Shown here: positions 30,869-39,018 of the stretch, piece by piece
Layout: the number at the start of each line of letters is the position of its first letter
Numbering within the stretch: the first letter of the stretch is position 1
DNA from: an uncultured Bacilli bacterium
GTDB lineage: Bacteria > Bacillota_I > Bacilli_A > RF39 > UBA660
Direction of reading: 5' to 3'
Assembly (NCBI GenBank): GCA_947629815.1
Contig: CANRFG010000003.1
Coordinates: 7,148 to 71,147, forward strand
Length of the DNA stretch: 64,000 nt
Notes under the pieces: generated by a model
Told to the model about the DNA's origin: nothing
What the model saw: the letters and a program-made list of their open reading frames with translations, nothing else
Databases searched by the model: none
Made by a program: the position numbers and the translations under genes

Positions 30869-32458
30869 ATGAATTATTTTTTATTTAGTTTGATAACATT
30901 TTTCTTATATATATATTTAAAATCATCTAAAGCATTACACTCATTGCAACAAAATTGGTATAATGATGGAAATAGATATATAAAATGGATAAATAACAAT
31001 AAAGAAAAAGTTTTTTTAAACTTTGATATGTTATTTTTAATAGTAATAATTATAGGATTTTTTGGTAATACAGAAATACAAATAGTTTCATGGGCAACAT
31101 TTTATTTGATTTGTTTATTTATTTTAAATAGAAAAAAAGAACAAGTAAAAATACCACTTAAATATACAAGTAGAGTAAAAAGATTATTATTTACGATAAC
31201 ACTTATATATTTAATACCAGTAGTAATAATGTGTTTTAATTATTTTGATTATTCATTAAATATATATTATATAATATTGGGTATTTTAGCTTACTTTAAT
31301 TATTATATAGTTTATTTAGCCAACATTATAAATAAACCAGCAGAAAAATGTGTTTATTATTACTATAAAAATAAAGCATCAAAAAAATTAAAATCAATGA
31401 ATAATATGAATGTTATAGGAATTACAGGAAGTTATGGTAAAACAAGTAGTAAAAATATACTATCGGATATTTTAAATGTAAGATATAATGCTTTACCAAC
31501 ACCTAAAAACTTCAATACAACATATGGAATAATGAGAACAATAAATGAATATTTAGATAAATTTACAGACACATTTATAGTAGAAATGGGAGCATTTAGA
31601 ATGGGCGAAATAAAAATACTTTGTGATTTTGTTAAGCCTAAATATGGTATTATAACTACTATAGGAACTGCTCACTTAGAAACATTTGGAAGTAGAGAAA
31701 ATATATGTAAAGGTAAATTTGAACTTATAGAATCATTACCTAGTGATGGAATAGGTATTTTAAATGGTGATGATGAATATCAATTAAATTATAAAATAAA
31801 AAACGATTGTAAAATACTTATGATAGGAATTAATAATAAAAAAGTTGATTTATATGCTGATAATATTAAATTATCAAGCAGTGGAATGAGTTTTGATGCA
31901 CACTTTAAAGGAGATAAAAAAGCATATAAATTTGAAACAAAATTATTAGGACAAGCTAATATATATAATATTTTAGCGGCAGTACTTTTAGGTAAAAACT
32001 TAGGAATAACTATAGATGAATTAATAAGAGCAGTAAAAATGGTAAAAGCAGTAGAACATAGATTAGAATTAAAGAAAATGGGAAATATTAATATAATAGA
32101 TGATGCTTATAATTCAAATCCTGTTGGCTCTAAAATGGCACTTGAAGTATTGGATTTAATGAAAGGAAAAAAAATAATAGTAACGCCTGGAATGATTGAA
32201 TTAGGTGAAGAACAATATAATATAAATAAACAATTTGGTGAAAATATAAGTGAAGTATGTGATGAAGTTATATTAATAGGAGAAGAACAAACAAAACCTA
32301 TATATGATGGATTAATAGAAAAAAAATATGATAAAAAACATATTCACATATTAAATGATGTAAAAAAAGCATTCCCACTAATGCAACAATTAAGTGGAAA
32401 AGAAACATATGTGCTTTTAGAAAACGATTTACCAGATATATTTAATGAAAAGGAGTAG
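30869..32458 (+). CDS. murF: Mur ligase (MurF-like UDP-MurNAc-tripeptide--D-Ala-D-Ala ligase) with an unusual N-terminal polytopic membrane domain
   Basis: Central domain IGITGSYGKTSSKNIL, and TIGTAHLETFGS, align with MurF. The first roughly 170 aa are 4-5 TM helices replacing the usual N-terminal domain. Located directly upstream of ddl. Confidence 0.65.
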   Translation: MNYFLFSLITFFLYIYLKSSKALHSLQQNWYNDGNRYIKWINNNKEKVFLNFDMLFLIVIIIGFFGNTEIQIVSWATFYLICLFILNRKKEQVKIPLKYTSRVKRLLFTITLIYLIPVVIMCFNYFDYSLNIYYIILGILAYFNYYIVYLANIINKPAEKCVYYYYKNKASKKLKSMNNMNVIGITGSYGKTSSKNILSDILNVRYNALPTPKNFNTTYGIMRTINEYLDKFTDTFIVEMGAFRMGEIKILCDFVKPKYGIITTIGTAHLETFGSRENICKGKFELIESLPSDGIGILNGDDEYQLNYKIKNDCKILMIGINNKKVDLYADNIKLSSSGMSFDAHFKGDKKAYKFETKLLGQANIYNILAAVLLGKNLGITIDELIRAVKMVKAVEHRLELKKMGNINIIDDAYNSNPVGSKMALEVLDLMKGKKIIVTPGMIELGEEQYNINKQFGENISEVCDEVILIGEEQTKPIYDGLIEKKYDKKHIHILNDVKKAFPLMQQLSGKETYVLLENDLPDIFNEKE

Positions 32459-32462
32459 TTTT

Positions 32463-33677
32463 ATGAAAATTAAAGTTGGAATAATTTTTGGAGGAGACAC
32501 AGTTGAACATGAAGTAAGTGTTATTTCTGCAATTCAAGCAATGAATCATATTGACCAAGAAAAGTACGAAGTAGTACCTATATATATTACAAAAGAAAAA
32601 ATTTGGTATACAGGTAAAATGCTTATGGATATTGAAATATATAAAGATATGGATTTATTAAAAAGATACGCTTCAAAAGTTACTTTATGTAAAAGAGAAG
32701 ATGGATTTTATTTAATAAAAACAAATGGAATGTTTAGAAAAGATGTAGAACAATTAGATATTGCATTTCCAATAGTACATGGAAATAATGTAGAAGATGG
32801 AACTTTACAAGGTTACTTAGATACAATAGGAATACCTTATGTAGGTAGTAAAGTAATAGGTTCTGCTATAGGTCAAGATAAGGTTATTATGAAACAAATA
32901 TTTGAATCTGTTGGATTATCTGTTGTTCCATATACTTGGTTTTATGATACAGAATATATGAATGATTCTGAAACAATTTTAAAAAATATTCAAAAACTAA
33001 AATATCCTGTAATTGTAAAACCAGCTAATTTAGGTAGTAGTGTAGGTATTAAATTTGTTGATTCTAAAGAAAAAATAGAAGAAGCGATAATGGAAGCAAT
33101 TAAATATGATACTAAAATAGTTGTAGAAAAAGTTGTTAGTGATATGATAGAAGTTAATTGTTCTGTACTTGGAAATTATGAACATCAAACTACTAGTGAA
33201 ATAGAAGAAGTTATGAGTACAAAAGAATTTTTAACATATGCTGATAAATATATTGGTTCTTCTAAAGTAAAAGGAAAAATAAATATGGGTTCTAAAGGTA
33301 TGGCAAGCGCAAAAAGAATAATACCTGCCCGTATTACAAAGGAAGAAAAAACAAAAGTTATTGAATATTCAAAAGAAGTATTTAGAGCGTTAAATTTAAG
33401 TGGTGTTTGTAGAATAGATTTTATGATTGATAAAAAAGATAAAAAGGTTTATGTAAATGAACCAAATACAATACCAGGTTCTTTATCTTTCTATTTATGG
33501 GAACCAATTGGAAAAAGTTATACTGAACTTTTAGATGAAATGATAACTTTAGCTATTAAAGATTATAAAAATAGAAGTAAAAAAGTTTCATCTTTTGAAA
33601 CAAACATATTAAGTAATTTTAATGGTACAAAAGGTGTTAAAGGTTTAAAAGGAATTAAAGGATTAAAAAGGGGCTGA
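32463..33677 (+). CDS. ddl: D-alanine--D-alanine ligase; its last codons and stop lie inside the IS element
   Basis: N-terminus MKIKVGIIFGGDTVEHEVSV. ATP-grasp fold. RBS AAGGAG precedes the ATG at 32463. The reading frame runs into the IS left inverted repeat (..KRG stop). Confidence 0.85.
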   Translation: MKIKVGIIFGGDTVEHEVSVISAIQAMNHIDQEKYEVVPIYITKEKIWYTGKMLMDIEIYKDMDLLKRYASKVTLCKREDGFYLIKTNGMFRKDVEQLDIAFPIVHGNNVEDGTLQGYLDTIGIPYVGSKVIGSAIGQDKVIMKQIFESVGLSVVPYTWFYDTEYMNDSETILKNIQKLKYPVIVKPANLGSSVGIKFVDSKEKIEEAIMEAIKYDTKIVVEKVVSDMIEVNCSVLGNYEHQTTSEIEEVMSTKEFLTYADKYIGSSKVKGKINMGSKGMASAKRIIPARITKEEKTKVIEYSKEVFRALNLSGVCRIDFMIDKKDKKVYVNEPNTIPGSLSFYLWEPIGKSYTELLDEMITLAIKDYKNRSKKVSSFETNILSNFNGTKGVKGLKGIKGLKRG

Positions 33678-35411
33678 GTAGAAATGAATAATTTCTATTC
33701 AGTTCTTTTTTTGCTTTGGAAAAGGAAATTTTTCGAAGTTTAAATTGTTTGGTGTATCCCAATAATTACCTTTTAATTTATTGCCATCTAAAGTAGAAAA
33801 ATATTTTCTTATGTTGGCACCTAAGCACATAAGCATAATCTCACAAGAAACTTTATTTAAACCTCGTCTTCTTATTCTATCATAATTCATATTATTTTTT
33901 ATTTGTCCAAATGCACCTTCTACTTGGATGCTTCTGTTTATTCTTATTTCTATTCCTCTTGGACTTTGTAAATTTTTTCTAGCTTCTTCTTTTAATAATT
34001 CATATTCTGGTACTAGTTCATATAATCTATAATCGTAGCTTTTATTTTTTAAGTTTTTCTTACAGACATAAGAATAATTACAATTGTTACAACCAACAAA
34101 TTTATAAAGTTTACTATTTTTATATCTTTGATGTCTAATACCATCAAATGATATTTCTTCTCCGATACAAGTATTTAAACACATAACTCCATCATTAAAA
34201 GTATAAAATAATTGGGGCCTTTTTCCATCAGCTTCACCACTCCATGTAGAATGTTTAACGTAATTTTTTATATTGTGATTTTTCATATATTGATAATTTT
34301 CATACATTCCATATCCTGAATCTGCACATTCATTTTTAGGATATTCTTCATAATATTTATAATATAGGTCATTCATTGGGATAAAAGTATAGAAATCATC
34401 TCGATTTTGAAATACTCCATACATTGTTATTAACCCACTTGATACCATTACTTGTATATTATATCCTGCATGAAAATCATGACTGCTTTTTGAATAATAA
34501 TCTTCCTTTAATACCATCGCAGTGGCATCTTTATCAGTTTTGTAATAAGAATTCCTATTTTCACCACATATTGTTTCTTTTTCTTCGTATTCAAGTAACT
34601 TGATTAAATATTGATAAGCTAATTTATAATTTCTTTGTTCTTTAGTTAATCGTTTACCTTTACCCGTGGGAATAGAATTAATATCTATATTTTCTCTTAC
34701 AACATACTCTTTTATTAGCTCATTTAACTCAAATGATTTTATTTTATTTTTTATTTCAATTCCCATTTTAAGTAATAGTTCTTTAATCTTAATATCTAAT
34801 TTTTTATGGTAAGTAGTTGGCTTCCATACAAATTTATATTTATTCGCATTTGCTTCTATTTTTGTTCCATCATTATATTGAATATCTATATTAACATTAA
34901 GATCTTCTATAATTGCTTTTGTAATCATAGTAAATATTTCATATTGATAAGGGACTATATATTTATTAATGCAATCCTTTATTGAACTGTCACTTGGTTG
35001 TTGTTGTTCCATTAAATAAATAACTCTTAAATCAAATTGACATAGATTTTCTATTTCTCGTAAACTACCTTTAAATTTTGAAAAACAATAAATAATAGTT
35101 GCAATTAAATTAAATGGATTGTATCCTTTTCTTCCAACGTCACTTTGAACGTTTTTTATTATCAATCCTATTCCTGAGTTATTCAAAATTTCAAGGAATT
35201 TATCAATTTTATCAAATTCCTCACAGCATTTCACTGAGGGGACTATGAAAATTGGTCTTTTTGTGTTAAAATATCCCATGTGATACATCTTCTTTCGTCA
35301 ATTAGATTGTATCACGAATTGGTCTTGAAGTCTTATGATTTCAGGACTTTTTATTTTTTGGAATAAATTAAAAAAGAACTGAATAGAAATTATTCATTTC
35401 TACTCAGCCCC
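33670..35411 (-). mobile_element. IS1182-family insertion sequence, copy 1 (1742 bp)
   Basis: Perfect roughly 36-bp terminal inverted repeats: GGGGCTGAGTAGAAATGAATAATTTCTATTCAGTTC at the left and its reverse complement at the right. No clear target-site duplication. The flanks ttaaaaa|IS|tttttaa look palindromic. Confidence 0.8.
33699..35288 (-). CDS. IS1182-family transposase (DUF772 N-terminal domain plus DDE domain)
   Basis: 529 aa. The block GRKGYNPFNLIATIIYCFSKFKGSLREIENLCQFDLRVIYL fits the DUF772 pattern. Identical to the ORF at 39048..40637. Confidence 0.75.
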   Translation of the reverse strand: MYHMGYFNTKRPIFIVPSVKCCEEFDKIDKFLEILNNSGIGLIIKNVQSDVGRKGYNPFNLIATIIYCFSKFKGSLREIENLCQFDLRVIYLMEQQQPSDSSIKDCINKYIVPYQYEIFTMITKAIIEDLNVNIDIQYNDGTKIEANANKYKFVWKPTTYHKKLDIKIKELLLKMGIEIKNKIKSFELNELIKEYVVRENIDINSIPTGKGKRLTKEQRNYKLAYQYLIKLLEYEEKETICGENRNSYYKTDKDATAMVLKEDYYSKSSHDFHAGYNIQVMVSSGLITMYGVFQNRDDFYTFIPMNDLYYKYYEEYPKNECADSGYGMYENYQYMKNHNIKNYVKHSTWSGEADGKRPQLFYTFNDGVMCLNTCIGEEISFDGIRHQRYKNSKLYKFVGCNNCNYSYVCKKNLKNKSYDYRLYELVPEYELLKEEARKNLQSPRGIEIRINRSIQVEGAFGQIKNNMNYDRIRRRGLNKVSCEIMLMCLGANIRKYFSTLDGNKLKGNYWDTPNNLNFEKFPFPKQKKN

Positions 35412-35470
35412 TTTTTAAGTATCAGTTGATTTTAAATTTGAGTGGTGTATAATATTTTTGGTGGTATTAA

Positions 35471-36559
35471 GTGAATGAAAAACTGAAAGAAATTATTAGT
35501 GAATTGGTACTTAAAGATGCAACTTGTGGAGTTAATTATGCAGTTATAGATAATAAAACAATATATACAGGGTCAATAGGATTAAAAGCAAAATATGGTT
35601 TAAAGGAAGATAAACTAATAGAGCAATTTGAAGATAATAATATAAATACAATGTATGATATAGCATCTTTAACTAAGGTAGTTTGTACATTATCAATTAT
35701 TTTTAGATTATATGAAAGGGGATTATTAAATTTAAATGATAAAGTTCAAAAATATTTGAAAGCTTTTAAATATGATGATATTACGATATATGATTTATTA
35801 ACTCATACATCAGGATTACCTGCTGATTTTTCTTTTAAAGATATAATTCCAAAAACAGATGCAATAAATATTTTATATACAATGGATAAAATTAATCCAA
35901 AAGGCACGTTTTTATATTCTGATATTGGATACATGTTACTTGGATTATTAATAGAAAAAATATGTAATAAACCACTTGATAAGGTATTTAAAGAAGAAGT
36001 TACAGATTTACTTGAAATGAATAATACATGTTTTAATCCAAAAAATAAATTCTTAGTCGCTCCAACTGAAATAACAAAAGAAAGAGGCGTTGTAAGAGGA
36101 GTAGTACATGATGAAAAGGCTATGTCTATGGAAGGTATAGCTGGACATGCTGGAGTTTTTTCTAATATAGAAGATTTAATTAAATTTTCACAAATGATTT
36201 TAAATAATGGAAAATTTAAAAATAAGAAATATTTAAGCGAATCAACAATTGAAAGTTGGTATGAAGGAAATGTTATAGATGGTACAGAGAAGAGGTCATT
36301 TAGTTGGTTTGTTGGAAATAATTCAATAGTTATAGAGAATCAGAATGCAATTTCATTTAATGGATTTACAGGACCAAGTATATCTATAGATAGAAAAAAC
36401 AATATAGCGATTATATTATTAACTAATAGAGTTCATCCTACTAGAAATAATACTTTAATTAGTAAAATGAGACCAATTATCAGTGATAAAATATATGAAT
36501 TAATTCTTAGTAATAGAAAAGAAAAATTTTATTCTGAAAATCATGTAAAAAAAATGTAA
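35471..36559 (+). CDS. beta-lactamase-related serine hydrolase (class C/PBP-fold)
   Basis: S-x-x-K motif IASLTK near the N-terminus. The length and DxG/HTSG blocks are typical. GTG start. Confidence 0.75.
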   Translation: MNEKLKEIISELVLKDATCGVNYAVIDNKTIYTGSIGLKAKYGLKEDKLIEQFEDNNINTMYDIASLTKVVCTLSIIFRLYERGLLNLNDKVQKYLKAFKYDDITIYDLLTHTSGLPADFSFKDIIPKTDAINILYTMDKINPKGTFLYSDIGYMLLGLLIEKICNKPLDKVFKEEVTDLLEMNNTCFNPKNKFLVAPTEITKERGVVRGVVHDEKAMSMEGIAGHAGVFSNIEDLIKFSQMILNNGKFKNKKYLSESTIESWYEGNVIDGTEKRSFSWFVGNNSIVIENQNAISFNGFTGPSISIDRKNNIAIILLTNRVHPTRNNTLISKMRPIISDKIYELILSNRKEKFYSENHVKKM

Positions 36560-36646
36560 TAAGTTTGAATCATGATTTTAAAAGTAGTTATTGTATTTTT
36601 TTTAAAATATGATATACTATAGTAGTAATTTAATATTACTACTTAT

Positions 36647-36689
36647 GGACTGTTAGCTCAGTTGGTAGAGCAACTGACTCTTAATCAGT
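36647..36689 (+). other. 5' half of a second tRNA-Lys gene (acceptor, D-arm and anticodon stem-loop), truncated after the anticodon stem; attL-side core ACTGACTCTTAATCAGT at 36673-36689
   Basis: GGACTGTTAGCTCAGTTGGTAGAGCAACTGACTCTTAATCAGT is followed by non-tRNA sequence. Its matching 3' half lies at 47219-47251. Confidence 0.65.
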
Positions 36690-36716
36690 TGCTCGTGCTA
36701 AAAGGCACAAAAATAT

Positions 36717-36792
36717 GGACCGTTAGCTCAGTTGGTAGAGCAATCGACTCTTAATCGATGGGTCTAGGGTTCGAATCCCTAACGGTCCACCA
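36717..36792 (+). tRNA. tRNA-Lys (anticodon CTT), intact
   Basis: Acceptor GGACCGT/ACGGTCC. Anticodon stem ATCGA/TCGAT with loop CTCTTAA. T-arm TAGGG TTCGAAT CCCTA. CCA present. Confidence 0.85.
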
Positions 36793-36941
36793 TATTTGAT
36801 AAGTAAAATTCCTAGCAATTATAAGGGTTTGTTAGGAATTTTTATTTTTTGATTTTAAAAATTTTATGAAAAAAATGACATCAAAATTTGATGTAAAAAT
36901 GAAAAAAATTTTGTATAAATACAAATTTTAAAAAAATATAA

Positions 36942-37004
36942 ACTTATCACAAAGTATCATAATTTATCATAAGACGGCACCAATTACGGCACCCACACGG
37001 CACC
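36942..37004. repeat. three 10-bp iteron-like repeats (NTATCAYAA) followed by three CGGCACC direct repeats near the left end of the element
   Basis: cttatcacaa, agtatcataa, tttatcataa, then acggcacc..acggcaccc..acggcacc. Matching repeats occur at 45408-45447 (iterons, four units) and 47043-47062 (CGGCACC, two units). Confidence 0.6.
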
Positions 37005-37086
37005 TTTTAAAAAAATCTCTATCTAAAATTGAATATTTGATAAAACATTTAAAGGAGCAAATAAAAAAATTAGATAGGAGCAAAAA

Positions 37087-37347
37087 ATGAACGAACAAGA
37101 TTTTGAAAATTTAAAAGATTTAAGGTTTACTATTACCGAAGAAATGAAAGACACAATAATTGAAACTGCATTTACTAACCAAATACTTGACGAGTGCGAA
37201 CTATCGAAAAAAGATAGAAAACTTTTGAAAAAGCACGCCGAAAAATTAAAACGAAAATTTGCGTTAGATTTACAAGCACACAACCAAGTACAAGTACAAA
37301 TTATTCGTGCCTATATAAGTGGTAAAAAAGAGATAGACCAAAAATAA
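37087..37347 (+). CDS. hypothetical protein (element cargo)
   Basis: 86-aa ORF with a GGAG RBS. Charged and helical. Confidence 0.4.
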   Translation: MNEQDFENLKDLRFTITEEMKDTIIETAFTNQILDECELSKKDRKLLKKHAEKLKRKFALDLQAHNQVQVQIIRAYISGKKEIDQK

Positions 37348-37362
37348 AGTTTATCTCTTTTC

Positions 37363-38013
37363 TTATTCTAAATTTATACTATCAATAAATTCAATACTTT
37401 TCATTTCTTCATAAATTTGTTCTTGTGTCTTTCTTTTTTCTTCCATTATTCTTGCTTTCAATTCGCTACTACTTAATTGAGAGTGTTCGTTTGTATAATT
37501 AAATTTTGAATTTTCAAATAATTTAAAAATTTTAGTTGGTACTCGTTTATCGTGGGTGGCAATAAAAGGGTTTAATATAAAATTGTTGCCTCTACCTGTA
37601 ATCGCGGGTACTTTTTTTATAATTTCTTCATTTTCAAGTTGTTTAATTCCGTCCCTAAAAGATGTATCACTACATAAAGTTAAGGCTTGTATTTCCTTAC
37701 TATTCATAAACCCGTCAAAATGTTTATTTTTCATTTTTATAATAAAGCCACTATATGTACCCCAACCAAGAGAGGAAAGCATAACCATTAAAATATCGTA
37801 TGAACTTTTTGTTAAATTACATTGTGCTATCATACGAAAAGGCAAGTCCATTGACTTATTAAATTTTTTACCTTTGTTTATTTCTTTTGTCTTGCTTAAA
37901 TATTCTATTGTTTTAGCACTAATTATGTAAAACCTATCGTTTCTATTTAGATAAGTTGTTTCTCCTGTTTCCAAGTTGGCTAGAACTCTTGTATAATCTT
38001 CATAGTTTATCAC
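37363..38013 (-). CDS. RepL-like Firmicute plasmid replication protein
   Basis: C-terminal block KVPAITGRGNNFILNPFIATHDKR resembles RepL (..RKTGVLMLNPELLMRGDD..). GTG start with AGGGGGT RBS. Palindromic sites ACGAAAATTCGT x2 lie just upstream (38036-38079). Confidence 0.55.
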   Translation of the reverse strand: MINYEDYTRVLANLETGETTYLNRNDRFYIISAKTIEYLSKTKEINKGKKFNKSMDLPFRMIAQCNLTKSSYDILMVMLSSLGWGTYSGFIIKMKNKHFDGFMNSKEIQALTLCSDTSFRDGIKQLENEEIIKKVPAITGRGNNFILNPFIATHDKRVPTKIFKLFENSKFNYTNEHSQLSSSELKARIMEEKRKTQEQIYEEMKSIEFIDSINLE

Positions 38014-38160
38014 ATATCTTAACCCCCTATAAGAGCGAAAATTCGTGGTCGAAAAAGTAGTTTACCCACGAAAATTCGTACCCATTAAAAACTCAATTTT
38101 TCTTTTAAATAAAGGCTAAAAGAGATGTTTATTGCATTTCTTCTTTTATTGTTCTAGTAT

Positions 38161-38517
38161 TTAATCAATTTTACAATAATCTCTATTAGCATTGTAGCAA
38201 CAAGTAGGACAATTTCTTTCAAAGCCTTGATACTCTAAAGCCCTATAAAACTTTTCCCCAAATATACCTTGCCCTCGTGCAAGTTTTTGTATTTCTTCTT
38301 GTATAACTTGACGGACAATTTTTTCGATGTATAAGTCTTGCTCGTCCTTTTGTAGTGGGTAGGAAAAAGTCTTTTTTCTTTCTTCCTTTTCCTTACTTTC
38401 TTTTTCCCATTGTTCCATAAGTTTTAAGATGTCATATTCTATCGTTTGTTCGAAAACCTTTTCAATATCTTGCAAGTCGAAGATGTCCTCAAAACCTATC
38501 TTGTCAGTTTGTTTCAT
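38161..38517 (-). CDS. hypothetical protein with C-terminal Cys cluster (CPTCCYNANRDYC)
   Basis: 118-aa ORF with an acidic N-terminus. No motif recognised. Confidence 0.4.
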   Translation of the reverse strand: MKQTDKIGFEDIFDLQDIEKVFEQTIEYDILKLMEQWEKESKEKEERKKTFSYPLQKDEQDLYIEKIVRQVIQEEIQKLARGQGIFGEKFYRALEYQGFERNCPTCCYNANRDYCKID

Positions 38518-38585
38518 ATATAACCCTCCATATAGATTTTTTCTTTCATTGTCATTTTATAAAGTGTTGCTAGTCGTTGTTAAGA

Positions 38586-38750
38586 TTAGACTTTTTTATT
38601 TTCGATGTATTCTTTTAAAGTGCTTTCACTAACTAGATAACGATTAGCAACTCTAAAAGCCTCGAGTTTATGTTCTCGTATTAACTTTTGAATAGTCTTA
38701 ACATTAACCCCAAGAATACAACTTATTTCCTTTGTTGTGTAAAATTTCAT
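38586..38750 (-). CDS. excisionase/MerR-superfamily HTH DNA-binding protein (54 aa; not in the ORF track)
   Basis: Reverse-strand translation MKFYTTKEISCILGVNVKTIQKLIREHKLEAFRVANRYLVSESTLKEYIENKKV. The TKEISxxLGVSxxTIxxLIRExKL pattern is typical of Xis-family HTH proteins. Confidence 0.5.
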   Translation of the reverse strand: MKFYTTKEISCILGVNVKTIQKLIREHKLEAFRVANRYLVSESTLKEYIENKKV

Positions 38751-39018
38751 ATACACACACCTCCTTTAATCTAAAGAGTAGTGATTTAACTACCCCTTAC
38801 TTAAAAGAGAATAAATGCAACTAAAAATACACAAAACATACCTTACTTATCTAGTGCAAACAAAAGAGGCATTTATAAGCACATAAAAAGCCCCTTATAT
38901 TCGCATATAAAAGGCTTATAGCAAAGATTTACAAGCAAGCAATAAAAAGATACATCTAAAACCAAACATCTTGTATCGTGCAAGTATTCCAGCTTGAAAT
39001 CTATTGACAATATAAAAA

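Noticed and set aside
33600-33677. Lys/Gly-rich C-terminal tail of Ddl (..GTKGVKGLKGIKGLKRG) as a functional domain
   Set aside because: The last codons and the stop are supplied by the IS inverted repeat. The tail is at least partly a read-through artefact of the insertion.
36647-36716. A third intact tRNA gene just upstream of tRNA-Lys
   Set aside because: The sequence matches a tRNA only through the anticodon stem. The T-arm and the 3' acceptor strand are missing and are replaced by unrelated sequence. It is interpreted as the 5' half of a split tRNA (attL side).
36869-36890. 17-bp palindrome ACATCAAAATTTGATGT inside the element near attL
   Set aside because: A single occurrence in very AT-rich DNA. 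It could be a protein-binding site, but no second copy and no adjacent gene start makes it too weak to call.
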